NCBI GenBank assembly: GCA_046292385.1
Contig: JBKBRF010000006.1
Location: forward strand, 1-64,000
Direction: 5' to 3'
From: Armatimonadota bacterium
Lineage (GTDB): Bacteria > Armatimonadota > SYMT01
DNA length: 64,000 bases
The position numbers and the translations under genes were made by a program. The first letter of the stretch is position 1; every line of letters begins with the position of its first letter. The notes under the pieces were generated by a model. That model saw only the letters and a program-made list of their open reading frames with translations, did no database searches and was not told the origin of the DNA. Shown here piece after piece: positions 59,237 through 64,000 of the stretch.

Positions 59237-60792
59237 TGTTTCCGAAGACTTCCGACGTACTGGCTATCCTGCCCCAGATCTTCGTGGCGGTCCTCGCCAT
59301 GTTCGTCCTGCTCACAGACGCGATCTGGCCCAAGGTCTCCAAGCGGGTCCTCGCCAACGTGGCGGTGCTGGGCCTGGTGCTCGTCTCCGCCTGGGTGATT
59401 GCGACCTGGCCGGGCCGCGAGGCGGTCCCCGCGCTCCAGAACATGGTGCTGAACGACCGCTACACCGCGTTCTTCAACCTGGTGATCCTGGGCGGGACCG
59501 CGCTCTCGATCTGGATGTCGATCCAGTTCCTCGACCGCGAAGGCGGGCAGATGGGCGAGTACTACGCCCTGCTGCTCTTTACGGCGGTCGGCGGGATGGT
59601 GATGGGCGCTTCGATCAACCTGATCTGCGTCTTCATCGGGCTCGAGATCCTGAGCATCGCGCTCTACATCCTGTCGGGCTACCACACGCACCGGCTGGAG
59701 AGCGATGAGGCGGCGCTGAAGTACTTCCTGCTCGGCTCCTACGCCTCCGCGTTCCTGCTCTTCGGCATCGCGCTGGTCTACGGCGCCTCCGAGTCGCTCG
59801 ACATCCGCCAGATCTCAACCAACCTCGGCAACCTGGCGGTCGGCGGCGCCGATCCATCCAAGAACTACCTGCTCCTGGCCGGGATCGCGCTGATGCTGGT
59901 CGGCTTCGGGTTCAAGGTCGCCGCCGTGCCGTTCCACATCTGGACGCCGGACGTCTACCAGGGCGCGCCGACCTCCGTCACCGCGTTCATGTCGGTGGTC
60001 GCCAAGGCGGCCGGCTTCGCGGCGTTCCTGCGGGTGATCGCCACCAGCTTCCAGGACCCGAACCTGCAGCTCCAGATCTCCGCGGTGCTCGCCTCCGTAG
60101 CGGCGCTCACGATGCTGGTGGGGAACGTGGTTGCCTGCGTGCAGACCAACCTGAAGCGGATCCTCGCCTACTCCAGCATCGCGCACGCCGGCTACATCAC
60201 TGCCGGCCTGGTGGCCGCGGTGCGGGGCGGGGGGATGTCGATGCTCGGCGACGATCCTCGCCAGAGCGCCATCGCGGCGGTGCTGTTCTACGCCGCGGGC
60301 TATACCGTGAGCAATCTGGGCGCCTTCGGCGTGCTGTTGGCGCTTCGCAAGCGCGGGGAAGAGGTGCAGGACCTAAAGGACCTCGCCGGAGTCGGCTTCC
60401 GCCACCCGTGGCTCGCCGCGCTCCTCACGCTCTTCCTGCTCTCGCTGGCGGGGCTCCCGCCGTTCGTCGGCTTCTTCGGCAAGCTCTTCCTGATCCAGGC
60501 GCTGATCGAGATGAGCAGCCCGCTGGTCTGGCTGATCGTGCTCTTCGTGCTCACCAGCGTGGTCTCGTTCTACTACTACCTGGGCCCGGTCCGCGCGATG
60601 TACATGCCGACGCCGGAAGAGGACGAGGGTGCCGTCACCACTGTCACCGCGGACGGGCACCTGAAGCTGGCGCTCGCCGTCGCCGCGATCGGCACCGTCC
60701 TGCTCGGCCTCTGGGCCGGCGGCGTGTTCGGCGTAGCGCAGCGGGTGGCGGAGAGCTTCTTCACCTCCGGTATCGCCAACACGATGCCGTAA
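59236..60792 (+). CDS. nuoN: NADH-quinone oxidoreductase subunit N
   Basis: EAALKYF, FKVAAVPFHIWTPDVYQGAP and KRILAYSSIAH. Confidence 0.96.
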   Translation: MFPKTSDVLAILPQIFVAVLAMFVLLTDAIWPKVSKRVLANVAVLGLVLVSAWVIATWPGREAVPALQNMVLNDRYTAFFNLVILGGTALSIWMSIQFLDREGGQMGEYYALLLFTAVGGMVMGASINLICVFIGLEILSIALYILSGYHTHRLESDEAALKYFLLGSYASAFLLFGIALVYGASESLDIRQISTNLGNLAVGGADPSKNYLLLAGIALMLVGFGFKVAAVPFHIWTPDVYQGAPTSVTAFMSVVAKAAGFAAFLRVIATSFQDPNLQLQISAVLASVAALTMLVGNVVACVQTNLKRILAYSSIAHAGYITAGLVAAVRGGGMSMLGDDPRQSAIAAVLFYAAGYTVSNLGAFGVLLALRKRGEEVQDLKDLAGVGFRHPWLAALLTLFLLSLAGLPPFVGFFGKLFLIQALIEMSSPLVWLIVLFVLTSVVSFYYYLGPVRAMYMPTPEEDEGAVTTVTADGHLKLALAVAAIGTVLLGLWAGGVFGVAQRVAESFFTSGIANTMP

Positions 60793-60815
60793 GGCCGGGG
60801 CCGCCTGGAACGCAA

Positions 60816-60850
60816 CGAGGGGAGGTTACCGTGCGGGTAACCTCCCCTCG
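60816..60850 (+). terminator. 15-bp hairpin ending the nuo operon
   Basis: CGAGGGGAGGTTACC-GTGCG-GGTAACCTCCCCTCG, with only a weak T-tract. Confidence 0.65.
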
Positions 60851-60905
60851 CTCCACTTTGGCCCGTGCTGTCCGGAGTGCGATGGCGGCTGCCGGAGTCG
60901 CGCCT

Positions 60906-60952
60906 GCGACTAAAGTCGAGGCTACAGAGAGCAAAGCCCGCCTGCGCGGGCT
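60906..60952. repeat. Diverged REP-like module related to the 17179/21387/33221 family
   Basis: GCGACTAAAGTCG-AGGCTAC...AAAGCCCGCCTGCGCGGGCT has the same architecture with compensatory changes. Confidence 0.65.
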
Positions 60953-61046
60953 CAGACCCGCCGGTCCGAAAGGCCGGCGTTACTTCATCCGTACCCCTCT
61001 GGGAAGCTTTCGCGGGAGGTAAAGCGGCTGGTTGGCACCCCGTGGC

Positions 61047-61170
61047 GGCCTACCCCCCCCCCAACTCTCCCCCGTGCGGGGGACAAGCCTTCCCTGAAGT
61101 GGAAGGGGGAGTAGCAGCATCATATCCATAGCTCCCCTCTCCTCTCAGCAGAGGGGCTGAGGGTGAGGCC
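61047..61170. repeat. Degenerate C-rich/G-rich palindromic repeats
   Basis: CCTACCCCCC...TCCCCCGTGCGGGGGA and CCCCTCT...AGAGGGGCTGAGGGTGAGG. Confidence 0.45.
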
Positions 61171-61299
61171 GCGACAGACGGACGCCCCTCTCGCCGCGGG
61201 TACCGCCTAACGCTGCCGAACGAGGGGCTCCGCTTGGCGCACCCACTCCGCACAGACCTACACGCTACACCCTAACCGCTGCACCCTGTCCGCGACCCG

Positions 61300-61788
61300 T
61301 TAACGATAGTTGATGAACTGCAGGTCGACCGGCAGATCCGCCCCGCGGAGGAGCTGGATCACCGCCTGAAGGTCGTCCTTGTTCTTGCCGGAGACGCGGA
61401 CCTGGTCGCCCTGGATCTGCGTGGTGACCTTCTTGCCGCTATCCTTGATCAGCTTGGCCACCTTCCGGGCGGTATCCGAATCGAGGCCCTGCTTCAGCTT
61501 CACGTCCTGGCGGACGGTGCCCTTGGTGGCGGGCTCGAGCTTGCCGTACTCCAGCGACTTGAGCGAGATGCCGCGCTTCACCATCTTGCCCTGGAGCACG
61601 TCCTTCAGCGCGTTCAGGCGGTACTCGTCGTCCGAGTGGAGCTTCAGCGTCTCGCCTTCCAGCTCCAGGCTGGAGACGGAGTTCTTGAAGTCGTAACGGT
61701 TCTCGATCTCCCGCTCCGTCTGCTGGATCGCGTTCTTCAGCTCCTGCATGTCGATCTTCGAGACGACATCGAATGAGTAGTCGGCCAT
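61300..61788 (-). CDS. yajQ: YajQ family nucleotide/c-di-GMP-binding protein
   Basis: SFDVVS, RYDFK, QIQGDQVRVSGKNKDDLQ and QFINYR. Confidence 0.95.
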   Translation of the reverse strand: MADYSFDVVSKIDMQELKNAIQQTEREIENRYDFKNSVSSLELEGETLKLHSDDEYRLNALKDVLQGKMVKRGISLKSLEYGKLEPATKGTVRQDVKLKQGLDSDTARKVAKLIKDSGKKVTTQIQGDQVRVSGKNKDDLQAVIQLLRGADLPVDLQFINYR

Positions 61789-61842
61789 CGCTCTCCTCCC
61801 TCGCAGCGGGACAGGCTGCCGGTCCTACCCCGGCGCGGTGTT

Positions 61843-61871
61843 ACCATACCACTCGCCCGCGCGCCTGTCAG
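61843..61871 (-). promoter_or_regulatory. Candidate sigma70 promoter of yajQ
   Basis: Minus strand CTGACA-N17-TATGGT, with TG immediately upstream of the -10 (extended -10). Confidence 0.45.
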
Positions 61872-61893
61872 GCAGTGCGAAACCGCCCGACGC

Positions 61894-62097
61894 GTGTAAG
61901 AAAAGGAGATAAGGGGATGGAGGGGGATGGGGGGATGGAATAACCCCCTGCTCACGCGCCGTGGGGTTACCGCGGCCCCGAATTGATAAGACTACCCGGC
62001 GCCGCGCGCTCCGGGGGCTCAGCATAAACCGCTTGCCTCCACCTGGATCAAGATATCCCCTTATCCCCCTTCATCCCCGCTATCTCCTTTCTTACAC
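61894..62097. repeat. 204-bp element bounded by ~45-nt imperfect inverted repeats (MITE/REPIN-like)
   Basis: Left arm GTGTAAGAAAAGGAGATAAGGGGATGGAGGGGGAT. Right arm, reverse complement, GTGTAAGAAAGGAGATAGCGGGGATGAAGGGGGAT. Confidence 0.75.
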
Positions 62098-62107
62098 TTC
62101 CGAAACC

Positions 62108-63166
62108 ATGCGTTACATCCACCGGATCTACACCGCCGACCTGGGCCGCCGCCGCGAGAACGCGGAGATGCTGCCGCTCTTTGAGGACTGCATCGCCGAG
62201 CTGCCGGTGGAGGACGAAGAGCGGACGCGGCTTCGCGATTTCGTCCGGTTTCAACTGGTGGGGGAGCGGTCGCGCCGGAGCGTGGTGGAGGACTGGAAAG
62301 AACTGGACAGCTTCCAGCGCCGCGCCGGCGCCTTCGAGACGGGCGCGGCGGAGGCGCTCGACCGGCTGTGTGAGGAGATCGTCGCCGACGCCCGCGCCGC
62401 CGGAGTGGTGTTCGACGCCGTGATCACCACCACCGCCACCGGCAACCTGATGCCGGGGCTTAGCTACCGCGCGGCGCACCGGCTGGGCGACCGCGTCCGG
62501 CGCGACACGCTGATGTTCGACCTGGCGAACGTGGGATGCACCGGCAGCAGCAAGGCGCTGGCGCTGGTCCGCTCCCTCGCGGCGGAAGTGCGGCACGTGC
62601 TGCTGCTGGCGGTGGAGGTGCCGAGCACGCTTGCCGACCTGCGCTCCACCGATCCGGGCGCCTGGCAGGGGAACTGCACCTTCGGGGACGGAGCGGCCGC
62701 GCTCTGGATCTCCGGCGACTCGGAGCTCGGGCCGGAGGCGCTGGCGCTGGAGGACCTGCGGTATACGCAGCGCTCCGACACGGGGCTCGACCTCATCCGG
62801 TGGGCCTACCGGGACTACTACACCTTCGCGCTGGCGGACGAGAAGACGTTCGACCGTGACGTGCGGGAGTTCGTGGCTGAGACCCTCTCCGAAGCCGAAG
62901 CAGACTGGAAAGACGAGCCACGGTGGGCGATCCACCCCGCGGGGATCCTGCTCCTGATGCGGCTCTCGCGCAAGCTCGGGATTCCCCAGGAAGCGATCAA
63001 GCCTTCCGTGGCCCACTACCGGGAGCACAGCAACATGAGCAGCGCTAGCGTGCTCCACGTGCTGAAGCAAGTAGCGGCGGAGACGCCGCCCGGCTCCGCA
63101 ATCAACCTGCTGACGATGGGGGCCGGTTTCAACGTAGTGTATGGAAGAGTGCGGCGAGTCCGCTAG
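62108..63166 (+). CDS. Type III polyketide synthase-like condensing enzyme
   Basis: Cys-His-Asn triad in NVGCTG, AIHPAG and SNMSSAS. Also TFGDGAAA and MGAGF. Confidence 0.85.
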   Translation: MRYIHRIYTADLGRRRENAEMLPLFEDCIAELPVEDEERTRLRDFVRFQLVGERSRRSVVEDWKELDSFQRRAGAFETGAAEALDRLCEEIVADARAAGVVFDAVITTTATGNLMPGLSYRAAHRLGDRVRRDTLMFDLANVGCTGSSKALALVRSLAAEVRHVLLLAVEVPSTLADLRSTDPGAWQGNCTFGDGAAALWISGDSELGPEALALEDLRYTQRSDTGLDLIRWAYRDYYTFALADEKTFDRDVREFVAETLSEAEADWKDEPRWAIHPAGILLLMRLSRKLGIPQEAIKPSVAHYREHSNMSSASVLHVLKQVAAETPPGSAINLLTMGAGFNVVYGRVRRVR

Positions 63167-63179
63167 GGAGGCTAGGGCA

Positions 63180-63425
63180 TTGGGTCGAGAGCGCGTCCTG
63201 GAGATCATGAACGGCTATTTCGCGGAGAAGCAGCCTCCGCAGGTGCTCGCCACGCTGGAGCAGCAGTCGCCGAAGGAGCTGCTGAAGGAGAGCCTGGACG
63301 TGGTCGACTTCCTGCTCTACCTGGAGGAGGAGACCGGGTGCGAGATCGACGTCAACGCGCTGGGCGAGACGATCGTGAATCGCAACTTCGGCGAGCTTGC
63401 GGACGAGCTGGCGCGGCGGCTCTAG
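63180..63425 (+). CDS. Acyl carrier protein-like protein (ESL variant)
   Basis: 81 aa and acidic, with LKESLDVVDFLLYLEEETGCEI. TTG start with GGAGG RBS, 13 nt after the PKS stop. Confidence 0.72.
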   Translation: MGRERVLEIMNGYFAEKQPPQVLATLEQQSPKELLKESLDVVDFLLYLEEETGCEIDVNALGETIVNRNFGELADELARRL

Positions 63426-63620
63426 GCTGGAAAGGCGCAACGATTCGGGCCGGCCGGGGTCCTATGAGTCTGGCGTAGAGCACGCATTTCAGGGAAACTC
63501 AACCCACCCCGCCTGAGGGAGACCTCGCCAAAGCGGTTATCATAGAGTACGGGGCTCGTCTGCCCGGCGGCCGCCCGCTGTCCGCCCGCACGGCTCCGTC
63601 CGCAAGAGGTTCTGAAGCAG

Positions 63621-64000
63621 ATGATCAGCATCAAAGGCAATAAAGCACGGCTGTGTGATGGCATTACCCGCCGCGATTTTGTGCGCCTGGGGGCCATCGG
63701 CACCATGGGTCTCTCACTGCCCGCGCTGCTCCAGGCAGAGGCCGCCGCCAAGGAAGCGGCCCGCGCGGCGGGGAAGAGCTCGCCGCGTGAGAAGAACGTG
63801 ATCCTCTTCTTCCTGATGGGCGGGCAGTCCCAGCTCGACATGTGGGACATGAAGCCGAACGCGCCGGAGATGGTCCGCGGCGAGTTCAAGCCGATCAACA
63901 CCAGCGTGGACGGGATCCAGATCTGCGAGCACATGCCGGAGCTCGCCAAGCGAGCCCACAAGTTCACCATCATCCGGTCGATGACCCATCACGTGAAGAA
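63621..64000 (+). CDS. DUF1501 domain protein (partial, runs off the right edge)
   Basis: Not in the ORF track. CDGITRRDFVRLG, VILFFLMGGQSQLDMWDMKP, RGEFKPINT, ICEHMP and IIRSMTH. Confidence 0.88.
   Translation, partial: MISIKGNKARLCDGITRRDFVRLGAIGTMGLSLPALLQAEAAAKEAARAAGKSSPREKNVILFFLMGGQSQLDMWDMKPNAPEMVRGEFKPINTSVDGIQICEHMPELAKRAHKFTIIRSMTHHVK

Noticed and set aside
63426..63620. Possible riboswitch upstream of the DUF1501 gene
   Set aside because: I could not identify an aptamer consensus or an expression platform.

Overview
A very GC-rich, gene-dense bacterial chromosomal segment. Tat-exported Gfo/Idh/MocA enzymes, a DUF1501 gene and TolC suggest an Armatimonadota- or Planctomycetota-like diderm (inference only). 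It contains sugar and ester catabolic genes, a LolD/FtsX-type ABC transporter with an AttH-type gene, a tricorn protease, a MacAB-TolC exporter, and a complete nuoA-N operon. The nuo operon has a Rex/CRP-type palindrome upstream and a Uma2-family gene between nuoE and nuoF. The right end holds yajQ, a type III PKS plus ACP pair, and a DUF1501 gene cut by the edge. The non-coding DNA is the most distinctive part: a ~185-nt rod-shaped RNA candidate (6S-like) ahead of a small ORF and copZ; a dispersed, covarying two-module REP-like family (3 full copies, 1 partial); other inverted-repeat elements; a frameshifted paralogous gene-tail remnant; and a probable insertion at the left edge. I saw no rRNA, tRNA, CRISPR array or transposase. 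All family calls come from reading motifs by eye, not from database searches.
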